This document shows, in pieces, positions 1-9,549 of a stretch of DNA of 64,000 nt. Both the position numbers and the translations under genes were made by a program. This DNA comes from an uncultured delta proteobacterium (GTDB lineage: Bacteria > Desulfobacterota > Binatia > Binatales > Binataceae). The stretch covers positions 1,024,001 to 1,088,000 of the forward strand of contig CAVXXK010000001.1 in NCBI GenBank assembly GCA_963765675.1, written 5' to 3'. The notes below the pieces were generated by a model. It had not been told where the DNA came from and did no database searches. It saw only the letters and a list, made by a program, of their open reading frames with translations. Every line of letters begins with the position of its first letter. The stretch's first letter is position 1.

Positions 1-51
1 AAAACCCGGGTTCGCGGTGAGACCGCGGATCCTCGAAATGGGAGGATCTCC

Positions 52-1713
52 GTGAAGAGGAGAAGATTCAGGTACGCGATCGCCGCGCTGGCGGGAGCAG
101 CGTTCGTCGTTTTGGCGGGAACCGGCGCGGTGCGCGCGCAGAGCAGCTCGGCGGGAGCCGCGCCGATGCTTACGCTCTACGTCGATCCGGCAACCGGGCA
201 GGTCTTTACCCGGCCTGGCAAAGGCCGCTCGCTGCTGACGACGATTCCGGCGACGGCGCTCGACCCGAATGCGATCGAGCGGCACGTCGAGGAAAAGACG
301 CAGGCGCAGATGCGGCAGAATCAGCAGCAGTTGCTCGATCTCGAGAAAAAGAACGACGAACTCGCGTCGCAAAATCATCAACTGGCGCAGCAGGTCGCCG
401 AGATCAAGCCTGCATGGCGCGATTATATTACCAACTTCCAGAACAAGTTCGCGATCGGCACCTTAGTGTACGGCGATTATCGCTTCTATACTCATACCGG
501 ATTCGGACCGCAGGAACTCACGCAGATCAATTCGCCGGGTCCGGGCAACAATAGTTTCAGCTCGTTTGATATCAGCCGCGCGTATCTGAACTTCTTTTTC
601 TTTCCAGCCGATGGTTTTACGCTGCGCGTGACGCCAAATATATATCGCGCCAACGGAACCGCGGCGGCGGACAAGTTCGGCAGCTCGAGTGCGATCGGCA
701 GCAACCTGTCAGGCGACATGTCTTACCGGCTCAAATACGCATATCTGCAGTATAATAAGGTATTCGACCGGCTATCGGACGCGCTCCGGGGCGACGGGAT
801 ACAAGGAGGATTCATTCCGAATCCTCTGGTGGCGTGGGAAGAAGATCTGTACGGCTATAGATACGTCAACCTGACGCCGTGGAACTACTTGAGCTTGTCG
901 TCAACCCAGCCGGGAATATCTATCGCCGGACCGATCAAGTTCAATGAGAAGCAGTACGCCGATTACGATATCGGCGCATATAACAACTCGACCTTCCACG
1001 CTTTCGAACAGACCAACACCAAGCAGGTGATGGGCCGGCTGAGCGTGTACCCATTCGGGGCGAAGTGGCGCTTTGACGGGCTGGGAGCGACGTTCTTTTA
1101 TGATTACGGCTACGGCAACGTAGCGCCGGACAGCGCCACCGGTACCTCGCTGCTCAACGCGAAGACTGGTCACCTAATGCGCGCGGCGGCGATGCTGCAC
1201 TACACGGCCGAGAACTGGGGTTTGATCGCCGAATATGATTTCGGCCACAACGCGTTCACTGGCGGCAACTTGTTCTCGTCGAGTGGACCAGCCGACTACT
1301 TTGGCACGGCCACAACTTCTTACTCGGGGTTCAGCAAGATGACGACGGCGTTTCTGGAAAATGGCAGCGCGGTCGAGCGCGGTCTGGACTTCATGGGCCA
1401 TTACCATATTCCGACCACGCCGTTTACTTTGTTTGGACTATTTGAATGGTTTCAGCCAAATACCAAGGTGGATAACGATCCGCTGGATTTCCAGCGCTGG
1501 GTAGCAGGGATCAGCTATCAGTACAATGAGTATCTGCGCTTCGCGATCGATTCGCAGAATCTTATGTTCTATCACTCGCAGCGCAGTATTCCGGAATCAT
1601 ACGTGAACTCTTTTGCGCCGGTTTTCAGCGGCTCGACGGCGGGGAAGTTCGTGACCGACGCCGTGCCGCGCGACACGCACGCGTTCTTCATCAACATGGA
1701 AGTCAACTACTAA
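52..1713 (+). CDS. Outer-membrane beta-barrel porin-like protein with N-terminal coiled coil
   Basis: Signal peptide (..AVRA|Q), LYVDPATGQVFTRPGKGR motif, Q-rich coiled coil, aromatic-rich alternating strands, C-terminal aromatic residue (FINMEVNY); RBS GGAGG at 41-45. Confidence 0.7.
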   Translation: MKRRRFRYAIAALAGAAFVVLAGTGAVRAQSSSAGAAPMLTLYVDPATGQVFTRPGKGRSLLTTIPATALDPNAIERHVEEKTQAQMRQNQQQLLDLEKKNDELASQNHQLAQQVAEIKPAWRDYITNFQNKFAIGTLVYGDYRFYTHTGFGPQELTQINSPGPGNNSFSSFDISRAYLNFFFFPADGFTLRVTPNIYRANGTAAADKFGSSSAIGSNLSGDMSYRLKYAYLQYNKVFDRLSDALRGDGIQGGFIPNPLVAWEEDLYGYRYVNLTPWNYLSLSSTQPGISIAGPIKFNEKQYADYDIGAYNNSTFHAFEQTNTKQVMGRLSVYPFGAKWRFDGLGATFFYDYGYGNVAPDSATGTSLLNAKTGHLMRAAAMLHYTAENWGLIAEYDFGHNAFTGGNLFSSSGPADYFGTATTSYSGFSKMTTAFLENGSAVERGLDFMGHYHIPTTPFTLFGLFEWFQPNTKVDNDPLDFQRWVAGISYQYNEYLRFAIDSQNLMFYHSQRSIPESYVNSFAPVFSGSTAGKFVTDAVPRDTHAFFINMEVNY

Positions 1714-1736
1714 CTGCGTCGCAGAAGGAGGCTGCT

Positions 1737-1764
1737 GGAATGGATGCTCTGGTGCATCCATTCC
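1737..1764 (+). other. Perfect 11-bp intergenic stem-loop (possible terminator or mRNA stabiliser)
   Basis: GGAATGGATGC-tctggt-GCATCCATTCC after the porin stop; no U-tract. Confidence 0.5.
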
Positions 1765-1797
1765 GGGCGGCCCGCGAAATTGCAAGGACACCTACGC

Positions 1798-2058
1798 ATG
1801 AAGCGATCGATTATGACTGGAGTGCTGGCACTGGCGATGCTTGCGATGGCGGGATGCGCGACATCGCGGGAACAGAGCCAGAGCGAATGGATTGGGAAGA
1901 CCCGCAGCGATCTAGCGACCCAGATGGGTGACCCGAAGGGTGCGGTGCCGATGACCGATACCGGCGGCGAAATGCTTTTTTACGCGTACCAAGGTCATCA
2001 TTACGTATTCGAAACCAACGCTGACGGGAAGATCGAAAAGGCGGTGGAAGTGAAATAG
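1798..2058 (+). CDS. Small lipoprotein (SmpA/BamE-like size and pattern)
   Basis: MKRS + hydrophobic stretch + lipobox MAGC; 'WIGKTRSDLATQMGDP' resembles SmpA_OmlA-like lipoproteins. Confidence 0.65.
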   Translation: MKRSIMTGVLALAMLAMAGCATSREQSQSEWIGKTRSDLATQMGDPKGAVPMTDTGGEMLFYAYQGHHYVFETNADGKIEKAVEVK

Positions 2059-2105
2059 CCCCCGAGCCGGTTCCCGCGAAAGTGCGCGTGGGAACTGGAG
2101 TGTGC

Positions 2106-2160
2106 GGCCATGGGCGCCGGGCTGAACTCCTCCCCGGCGTCCGTGGCCCTTTCTTTTTCT
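2106..2160 (+). terminator. Rho-independent terminator
   Basis: GGCCATGGGCGCCGGG...CCCGGCGTCCGTGGCC stem followed by CTTTCTTTTT, between convergent genes. Confidence 0.7.
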
Positions 2161-2169
2161 ATCGGGCTC

Positions 2170-3583
2170 TCACTTGATATTGGCGATCGATTCTCCGGTT
2201 GAGCGCTGGACCGCGGCTTGCGCAGCCGAATATCCGTAGAGCGCGTTGACGTAGGCGGCAGAGTCCTCGGTGTAGCGGCGCTCGGCGTCGTCGAGCTCGA
2301 TGATCGAGCTCAGACCGGCGCGATATCGCTGGGTCGCGAGGCTCAGCTCCTGGCGCGAGGCGGCGAGAGTCTCTTCGGACTTTTTGATTACAACGACCGA
2401 AGCCTGCCAATTGAGGAACGCGGTGTGAACCTCTTCGACAACGTGCTGGCGCATATCGGCGAACGCGTAGCCGATCGCATGTTCGCGGGCGCGCGCTTCC
2501 GCGACCTGATCCTCGGTGCGAAAGCCGTTGAACAGCGGCCAGGTGATTACCAGTCCAGCGAAGAAGTTGTTCGCTGCGGGCAGTCCGGTACCCATCGCGC
2601 TGTAGCCCATCTGTGCGGTTCCGGTCGGAAGATAGTCGCTCTTGTATTGATTGACGCGCGCACCGGCCGCGCGGGCCTCGTTCACCAGGACTTTCAAATC
2701 AGGACGGAGCTGAAACGCGCGCGCGAGCAAATCGGGCAGCGTGTCGGTGACCGGCGAATAAGTCAGCGTGCCGACCACTTGGTAGGGCGGCGCGGAATCG
2801 GCCATGCCCATCGCGGCGTCGAGCGCGACCTTGGCGTCATCGCGCGCGTTGACGGCCTTGATCTGTTCCATCTCGGCGCGCGAGAGGTCGGCTTGGGTGA
2901 TCGATACATCGATTCCGGGACGCAGATCGGCTTTGGCGAGTTCGGTTGCCTGATGCAGTTGCTCGTTGCGCTGGCGAATCGCTTCGTCGTAAACCTTGAT
3001 TTCCTGCTCGGCGGCCAGGAGCTCATAGTAGCGCTGCGCGACCGCGAAAATGAGGTTCAGGTCGGTAAGCTTCAACTGCGCGTCGGCGGCGTCAAGGTCG
3101 GCACGGCGTTCGTCGATATAGCCGCGGACGCGGCCGAAATCGAACAGGAATTGCGAAACCGAAATGCCGCCGAGAAAATTGTTCGACGACTCGGTGTTCT
3201 GCGAGAAGTCGCCATCGGGCAGATTGTGATTGCGTGCCCGAAACGCGCGGAAACAGATCGAGCGGAAAGTAGTTGGTGTTGCCGATGCCGTTGTCGGTGC
3301 AGCGCAGATACTGCGCCGTGCCATATACCTGCGGCAGGATATCGGCTCGAGCTACACCCACTCCGGCGCGCGCTGCGGTCTGGTCTGATTCTGATTCCAT
3401 TCGCAGTGGATGCAGTTTGAGCGCGATCTCGGTTGCCTGCTGGAGCGTAAGATCGGAGTTCGGTTGAATCGTGATCTGCTGGGCGCGTGCGAAAGGACAC
3501 AGGCCGCTTGCAATCCCGAGCACGAGCGCCGCAACCGACAGCTTCAACTTCTTACGTCGGATAAGCCTGCAATCCATAGTCAA
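2170..3583 (-). CDS. TolC-family outer-membrane efflux protein, split by a one-base frameshift near 3235 (probable sequencing error)
   Basis: ORF 3092..3583 gives the signal peptide and 'LTLQQATEIALKLHP'; ORF 2170..3324 gives 'LFDFGR', 'WPLFNGF' and 'RYRAGLSSIIEL'; removing one base joins them. Confidence 0.85.
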
Positions 3584-4764
3584 TCTCCGTGCTCGGAAGC
3601 GTTTTCGTCTTCGGAGGCCCGTGCGAGAACCCGCACCGGTTCGCCGGGCTCGAGAGAGAGACTCATGTGGGCGACGACTTCATCGCGGTCGCTCAGACCG
3701 GAGACGATTTCGACATTGGTCCCGTCGGTGATACCGGTGATCACGGGAGTTTTGCGCAGCTTTCCGTTGCTGACGGTAAAGATGAACGAGCCTGGCTGCC
3801 CGATGCCTGAGACGGCAGAGCGCGGAACCTCGAGCGCGTTTGGATGCTGCGCGAGAATCAGCGATACGTTTGCGTACATCCGCGGATAGAGCCGGTGATC
3901 GGGATTGGGGATGTCGATCTCGGTGAGCATCGTCCGCGTAGCGAGATCGAGCGACGACGAATACCGCGTCACCGTCGCATGGAAGGTCTGTCCCGGAAAC
4001 GAACGCAGCGTCATCGACGCCGGCATCCCGATTCGCACGGTTCCGGCTTCGCGTTCGGGCACGTAGACATAGACGCGCAGCTTGTTAATCGCGGCTTCAG
4101 AAAGGATCGGGCCTCCGCCGGTGAGATGGCCGCCCGCTCCCTCCATCGCGCCCGAGCTGACGGATGCTCCCGAGCCCGTGAGGCCGAAGTCGCCGCCGCC
4201 GGCGCGAATCAACGCGCCCGGATCAGCGAAGCGTCCGGTGATCACGCCGTCAAAGGGCGCGGTGATTTTCGTATACGAGACCATCGTCTCGAGCGTGCCA
4301 GCGTCGGATTTCGCTTCCATGTATTTGGCGTATGCGATATCAACGGTTTCTTTCGCGACGAGGCGCGAATCGGTCTTGCGCACGCGATCCAGACGCTGCC
4401 AGGTTAACTTCTGGATTTGCAGTTTGGCTTCGGCGCGATCGAGATTTTGCTGGAGCTCGGGCACCTCGATGACCGCCAACACCTGCCCAGTCTTGACCCA
4501 ATCGCCCTTGTCGACGTTCATCTTGACCAGGTATCCGGTCACCTTCGCGTGCAGCGCGACTTCATAGAAGCCCACCAGGTCGCCCGGCAGATCGATCGAC
4601 TCGACCACCATATGGCGCTGCGGCCGAATCACCGGAACCGTCCGCAAGTCGGAGCCGGTCGTCACCAGTTTAGTCGGGACTGCGGGAGTGTCGCTGCTGT
4701 CGTGGCATCCAGCGACCACGAAGACGACCGCAGCGATCAGTAACGACTTTCCGAGACGGCTCAC
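3580..4764 (-). CDS. RND efflux periplasmic adaptor (MFP) subunit, lipoprotein
   Basis: GTG start overlaps the permease stop (GTGA); lipobox VAGC; 'AKVTGYL..VDKGDWVKTGQVL', 'ITAPFDGVIT', 'ATRTMLTEI'. Confidence 0.9.
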   Translation of the reverse strand: MSRLGKSLLIAAVVFVVAGCHDSSDTPAVPTKLVTTGSDLRTVPVIRPQRHMVVESIDLPGDLVGFYEVALHAKVTGYLVKMNVDKGDWVKTGQVLAVIEVPELQQNLDRAEAKLQIQKLTWQRLDRVRKTDSRLVAKETVDIAYAKYMEAKSDAGTLETMVSYTKITAPFDGVITGRFADPGALIRAGGGDFGLTGSGASVSSGAMEGAGGHLTGGGPILSEAAINKLRVYVYVPEREAGTVRIGMPASMTLRSFPGQTFHATVTRYSSSLDLATRTMLTEIDIPNPDHRLYPRMYANVSLILAQHPNALEVPRSAVSGIGQPGSFIFTVSNGKLRKTPVITGITDGTNVEIVSGLSDRDEVVAHMSLSLEPGEPVRVLARASEDENASEHGD

Positions 4765-7700
4765 TGTTTTGTCCTCCGGGAATAGAACAGCTCGTACACG
4801 CACGGGACCAGGACGAGCGTCAGGACGGTCGATACGGTCAGGCCGCCGACGGCAGCGCGCGCCAATGGCGCCGAGGCCTCGGAACCCGCGCCGATTTCCA
4901 GCGCGATCGGCATCAGGCCGGCAACGGTCGCGAGCGCGGTCATCAGGATCGGGCGCATGCGGATTCGCGCGGACTCGACCACGGCGGGGCGCAGCGCCTG
5001 TCCTTCGCGGCGGCGCTGATTGGCGAAATCGACCAGCAGGATCGAGTTCGACACCACGATTCCGACCATCACGATAATCCCCATGAACGACTCGATGTTG
5101 AGCGTCGTGTTGGTCAGCCACAGCGTCCAGATAACTCCGATGAGTCCCATCGGCACGGCGAACATGATGATCAACGGATCGAGGAATGACGCAAACTGCG
5201 CCACCATCACGAGATAGAGCAACACCACCGCCATCCCGAGCCCGAATCCGAAGCTCGAGAACGAGCGCTGCATCGCAGCCACCGCGCCGCGATAAGTGAT
5301 TTGAACGTCGGGCGGTAGCGCGATCTTGTGCAGGCGGCTTTCGATCGCGTCCTGGGTGCCGCCGAGGTTCGATGTTGACGGCTGCACCAGCACATCGACG
5401 ACACGCTGGATGTTGTAGTGGTCCGCTTCGGACGGATATTTCTTGGGGATCAGCGTCGCGACGTTGCGCAGTGGTATCGATTGCTCGTGTGCGTCGTGGC
5501 CGTCGCTGCCGTCGATGTGATGGACCGGGATATCTTTGAGCGTGTCGATCGAGTTGATTGCCTCTTCACGATATTGCGCCGTCAGAAAGTAATCGTTGCC
5601 GGTAGCGCGATCGATCCAGATCGACGGCGCGATCATCTGATTCGAGCTGAGTGCCGTGATCACGTTGGTCACGACATCTTTCTCAGTCAGGCCCAGGCGG
5701 GCGGCGCGCACGCGATCCACCTCGACATCGATAGTCGGATAGTCGGCTTCTTGCGGAATATAGGTCTGCGATACTTGTGGCAGCGCGCGCACGTCGTTCT
5801 GGATGCGCCGCGCTACACCGAATAGCGGACCGTATTCGGGACCGCTCACCTGGATGTCTATCGGCGCGGGCAGACCGAAGTTGAGGACCGCGTCGATGAT
5901 GCTGCCCGAGGAGAAGAACGCCTTGACCGAAGGCACCGCGACCGGCAGCCGTTTCCTGAGCTCGTCCATGTAGTGGAAGGTAGAGACCCTATGGTTGCCT
6001 TTAAGCGCGACCATGATCTCGCCCGTGTCTTCGCCCGAGTTCGACGAGTAAATGGCCGAAATGCTGGGCGCGATACCCAGATTTGCGACCACTGTGCCCA
6101 GCTCAGCGGGCGGGATGATCTTGCGAATTTCATGTTCGATTCGCCCGGCGAGTTCCTGGGTCAATTCGATTCGCGTGCCCGCCGGAGAACGCATATGGAT
6201 GATGAACTTGCCGGCGTCGGTGGTCGGAAATAGCTGGGTGCCGAGCAGCGGATAGATCAGCAGCGAGATCGCGAACAGCGCCGTGACCGCTCCGATCACG
6301 ATAAATTTGTGGTCGAGCGCGGTGGTGAGTTGCTTTTCGTACCAATCGGCAAACCGCAGGTAGCGCCGGTTGAAGACGCCGAACGCGCGCCGAAAGATCG
6401 ACTCCGCGTGCTCGCCGGCGCCGTCTCCGCCTTCGGCGGCGCGTGCTTCGTCTCCGTTCAGAAAGCGTGCGCAATAGATCGGAATCACCGCCATCGCCAC
6501 CACGTACGACGCGAGCATCGCGAGCACCACTGCCAGCGCGAGTGCGCTAAACAGGTACTTGGCGACGCCGAAGAGAAACATCACCGGGAAGAACACGACA
6601 ATCGTCGTGATGGTCGAGGCGAGCACCGGCAGCGCTACTTCCTCTGCGCCTTCACGCGCTGCAACACCAGGTTGTTTGCCCTCGGCCAGATGACGATTGA
6701 TGTTCTCGAGGACCACGACCGAGTCATCGACCAGCCGGCCGATCGCGAGCGCGAATCCGCCGAGCGTCATGATGTTGATCGTCGAGCCGCCCATGAACAG
6801 GCAGAAGGTCGCGGCCAGGATCGACAACGGAATCGACAGAAAGATCGCGAAGGTCGAGCGCATGCTGCCGAGGAAGATCAGAATCATCAGCGAGGCGAGA
6901 ATCGCACCCGATATCGCCTCGTGCTCGAGCGAATGGACCGCGTCCAGGATGTAGTCCGACTGGTCGAAGATCGCCTTGAGCTTTATTCCCTTGGGCACTC
7001 CGATGAGCTTGGGCAGAATCTCGTGGATTCCGTTGACGACCGAAATCGTGTTTGCGCCGCCCTGCTTTAGTACCGGGATGTAGACGGAGGGCTGCCCGTC
7101 GATCGTGACCACGTTGTACTGGATCGCGGTTGAGTCCTCGGCGTTGCCCACGTCCCCAAGCCGGACCGGCACCTGGTTGTTACCGATCTTGACCGGAACG
7201 TCGTTGAGGCTCTCCGGATGATCGATCATCGCGTTCGAGTAAATGTAGTAATCGGTCGCGCCGATCTTCGCGTCGCCTGCGGGCAGGATGAGATTGGTCT
7301 GGTTGAGCGAGTGGACGATCGAGTTGAGCGTCAGGCCGCGCGCCTGCAGCGCGTTGCGATCGACGTAGGCCATAATCTGCCGGAACTTGCCGCCGAACGG
7401 CATCGGGATCGACGCGCCAGAGACAGTCGCAAGCTGATTGCGTACGTTGTAGCGGGCCTGATCTTCGAGGTCAGCCTGGGTGAAGCCCTGCCCCTTGACT
7501 GTGACCAGCGTGACCGGCAGCGACGAGGCGTCGAACTTCAGCACCAGCGGAGGCAGCGTGCCGGGCGGCAGGACGCCCAGGTCAGCCATCGCAAGGGTGG
7601 CCAACTGCGCCGACGCCGCATCGACATCGACGCCACTATGCAGATAGACGGTGATCATGCTGACCCCCGGCAACGAGCGCGACTCGATATGCTCGATTCC

Positions 7701-7919
7701 GCTGCCGAGGGTGAAGAATCGCTCGTAGCGGGTGGTGATATCGCGCTCCATGTCGAGCGGCGGCATGCCCGGGTAAAAGGTTGCGACCACGACCGCAGGT
7801 ATTTTGAGATTTGGAAAGACGTCCACTGGCATTCGGGCGAAAGCGGTGACACCAAGAATCAGAACGATCAGCGCTCCGACAATTACCGTGAACGGGTTGC
7901 GTAAAGCGAAGCTCGGCAC
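4761..7919 (-). CDS. RND efflux permease (AcrB/CusA superfamily)
   Basis: About 1050 aa; 'MPVDVFPNL', 'GRLVDDSVVVLEN', 'RMRPILMTALAT'; RBS GAGG before GTG at 7919. Confidence 0.95.
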   Translation of the reverse strand: MPSFALRNPFTVIVGALIVLILGVTAFARMPVDVFPNLKIPAVVVATFYPGMPPLDMERDITTRYERFFTLGSGIEHIESRSLPGVSMITVYLHSGVDVDAASAQLATLAMADLGVLPPGTLPPLVLKFDASSLPVTLVTVKGQGFTQADLEDQARYNVRNQLATVSGASIPMPFGGKFRQIMAYVDRNALQARGLTLNSIVHSLNQTNLILPAGDAKIGATDYYIYSNAMIDHPESLNDVPVKIGNNQVPVRLGDVGNAEDSTAIQYNVVTIDGQPSVYIPVLKQGGANTISVVNGIHEILPKLIGVPKGIKLKAIFDQSDYILDAVHSLEHEAISGAILASLMILIFLGSMRSTFAIFLSIPLSILAATFCLFMGGSTINIMTLGGFALAIGRLVDDSVVVLENINRHLAEGKQPGVAAREGAEEVALPVLASTITTIVVFFPVMFLFGVAKYLFSALALAVVLAMLASYVVAMAVIPIYCARFLNGDEARAAEGGDGAGEHAESIFRRAFGVFNRRYLRFADWYEKQLTTALDHKFIVIGAVTALFAISLLIYPLLGTQLFPTTDAGKFIIHMRSPAGTRIELTQELAGRIEHEIRKIIPPAELGTVVANLGIAPSISAIYSSNSGEDTGEIMVALKGNHRVSTFHYMDELRKRLPVAVPSVKAFFSSGSIIDAVLNFGLPAPIDIQVSGPEYGPLFGVARRIQNDVRALPQVSQTYIPQEADYPTIDVEVDRVRAARLGLTEKDVVTNVITALSSNQMIAPSIWIDRATGNDYFLTAQYREEAINSIDTLKDIPVHHIDGSDGHDAHEQSIPLRNVATLIPKKYPSEADHYNIQRVVDVLVQPSTSNLGGTQDAIESRLHKIALPPDVQITYRGAVAAMQRSFSSFGFGLGMAVVLLYLVMVAQFASFLDPLIIMFAVPMGLIGVIWTLWLTNTTLNIESFMGIIVMVGIVVSNSILLVDFANQRRREGQALRPAVVESARIRMRPILMTALATVAGLMPIALEIGAGSEASAPLARAAVGGLTVSTVLTLVLVPCVYELFYSRRTKQ

Positions 7920-8027
7920 GTCAATGCACCTCGAGCGAATTCCCGGGCGGCTCAAATGTGGCCGCCAGCCTGTGAAAGGTCATCGGGGACTTCTCATCCG
8001 CCGCGACGATTATACTGGAAGTAGCGA

Positions 8028-8417
8028 CTAAACCCGGGCGGGCGAGAGCGGAGGACCACATGGGTCGGACGAGATTCTTAGCCGCCGAAAATATCGCGGC
8101 GCGATGGGCTTCGGTACCAGGAGCATTGCTGCGCGCCACGCACGCGCCGCCGAAGGCGTCGGATCGAGAAGCGATAGAGGCGCAGGACCGGAATATACCG
8201 GTAGCGACTGTGCTCCGGCGTCGCTACGGTCCTCGGACAGGCCGAGATACTCGTGGCGTGCAGCGGTCTGACGTACTTCAACCGGCTTGTAGGAGGGTCC
8301 GTAATGCCGGGTGTGGAGCGCTGGAAGGACGATCGCCATTCCAAGCGCGAGCACGCATCCGAGCAGGCGCAGCAGCGCGAAAATTGAATGGCTGGTTTTC
8401 CCAAACGAACCCATCAT
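8028..8417 (-). CDS. Hypothetical membrane-anchored protein upstream of the RND operon
   Basis: One N-terminal hydrophobic helix, Pro-rich C-terminus, same strand as the RND genes. Confidence 0.45.
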   Translation of the reverse strand: MMGSFGKTSHSIFALLRLLGCVLALGMAIVLPALHTRHYGPSYKPVEVRQTAARHEYLGLSEDRSDAGAQSLPVYSGPAPLSLLDPTPSAARAWRAAMLLVPKPIAPRYFRRLRISSDPCGPPLSPARV

Positions 8418-8525
8418 CCAAACCCGCTCCAGATTATGCGGACCCGAGTCTGCGCTCAAGCGCCGCCATGCTGCCGCTCGCGACATCGGCCCGCACGCCA
8501 TATATTGTCAGCCGGGATGGGTACA

Positions 8526-8990
8526 ATGAAGAGAACCACTCTTACCGTCCTGATATTCTCGATCTTCCTGGCGGCCAGTGCCGTTCACGCGCAGCAATAT
8601 CACGTCGATCAGGACACCAGCGCGGCGTTAACGAAGTATCTGCATAAGCATCGCCTGCCGCTGGTCGGCGCACAAGTACAGCGAGACGATGCCGGCGATC
8701 CGCAGGTGCATTTGTATGGCTTTGTCGCGACGGATGCGGGTAAGGCAGATGCCGAGCGCAAGGCGAAGCGCTTTCTCGGCGTGAGCGGCGTCCCGATCAC
8801 AAATTCGATTCAGGTCAATCCCTCTATCAACTCTCACGGCGCGGACGGTGGCGCCGCTGCAGATACCTCGCCGGATACGGCCAACGCTCCTGCGCAAAAT
8901 TCCAATCAGCAGTGGAACAACGCGATGCAGGGCATCTACAAGAACGGAGCACAGCCCTTGCCCTCGACCGGTGCTCCCGTTGAGCCGTAA
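8526..8990 (+). CDS. Secreted BON-domain-like protein
   Basis: Signal peptide AVHA|Q; 'VHLYGFVATDAGKADAERKA...ITNSIQV' matches the BON pattern. Confidence 0.65.
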   Translation: MKRTTLTVLIFSIFLAASAVHAQQYHVDQDTSAALTKYLHKHRLPLVGAQVQRDDAGDPQVHLYGFVATDAGKADAERKAKRFLGVSGVPITNSIQVNPSINSHGADGGAAADTSPDTANAPAQNSNQQWNNAMQGIYKNGAQPLPSTGAPVEP

Positions 8991-9019
8991 TCCCAGACAA
9001 AAGATTTGTTGCCGCCGAG

Positions 9020-9439
9020 TCAGACCGCCGCGCGTTTCGGCTCGATCTCAGAAAAAAATGCTGCTGCTGGTAGATGGAAGCGCCGCGACAGTGCCCTGAT
9101 GTGACGTAGGTTGAGTTCGCGCTTTCCGCGGAGGATTTCAGAGACCACGCCCTGGCTGCCGACTTCGGGCAAATCTCCCTGCGACAGGCCGTGCTGCTCC
9201 ATCAGGAACTTGAGCAGTTCGACGCCCGAGGCGTCCGAAATCTTATGGTGCCCTTCGTCGTACGCCTCAATCAGCACGCTCAAGGTGTCGATAAAACGGT
9301 AGCGTGGATCCTTGGAGTTGTCACCGACCTCATCGACCAGATCGTTGAGCTGGGCGACCGCCGCATCGTATTCGCGCCCGTCGCGGATGGCGAGCAGAGG
9401 CGCGTACTTCTCAGGATACTTGAGAGTTTGATGCTTCAT
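9020..9439 (-). CDS. higA: HigA-type antitoxin (HTH_3), orphan
   Basis: 'LIEAYDE..H', 'LKFLMEQHGLSQGDLPEVGSQGVVSEILRGKRELNLRHIRALSRRF' is the typical HigA pattern. Confidence 0.85.
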   Translation of the reverse strand: MKHQTLKYPEKYAPLLAIRDGREYDAAVAQLNDLVDEVGDNSKDPRYRFIDTLSVLIEAYDEGHHKISDASGVELLKFLMEQHGLSQGDLPEVGSQGVVSEILRGKRELNLRHIRALSRRFHLPAAAFFSEIEPKRAAV

Positions 9440-9468
9440 CTTTTCCACTCGTCTTTATCGTATTGCGT
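9436..9468 (-). pseudogene. C-terminal remnant of HigB toxin
   Basis: Reads TQYDKDEWKR*, like HigB C-termini (THAEYDKGKWK); stop overlaps the higA ATG (ATGA); in-frame TGA a few codons upstream. Confidence 0.65.
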
Positions 9469-9549
9469 CGCGGGTTTGGAGTCTCAATGCACTTCGTCCA
9501 GCCGTATGCGCGACGACCACATGCGCCGCGTGATAAGATCGCGGGCGTT

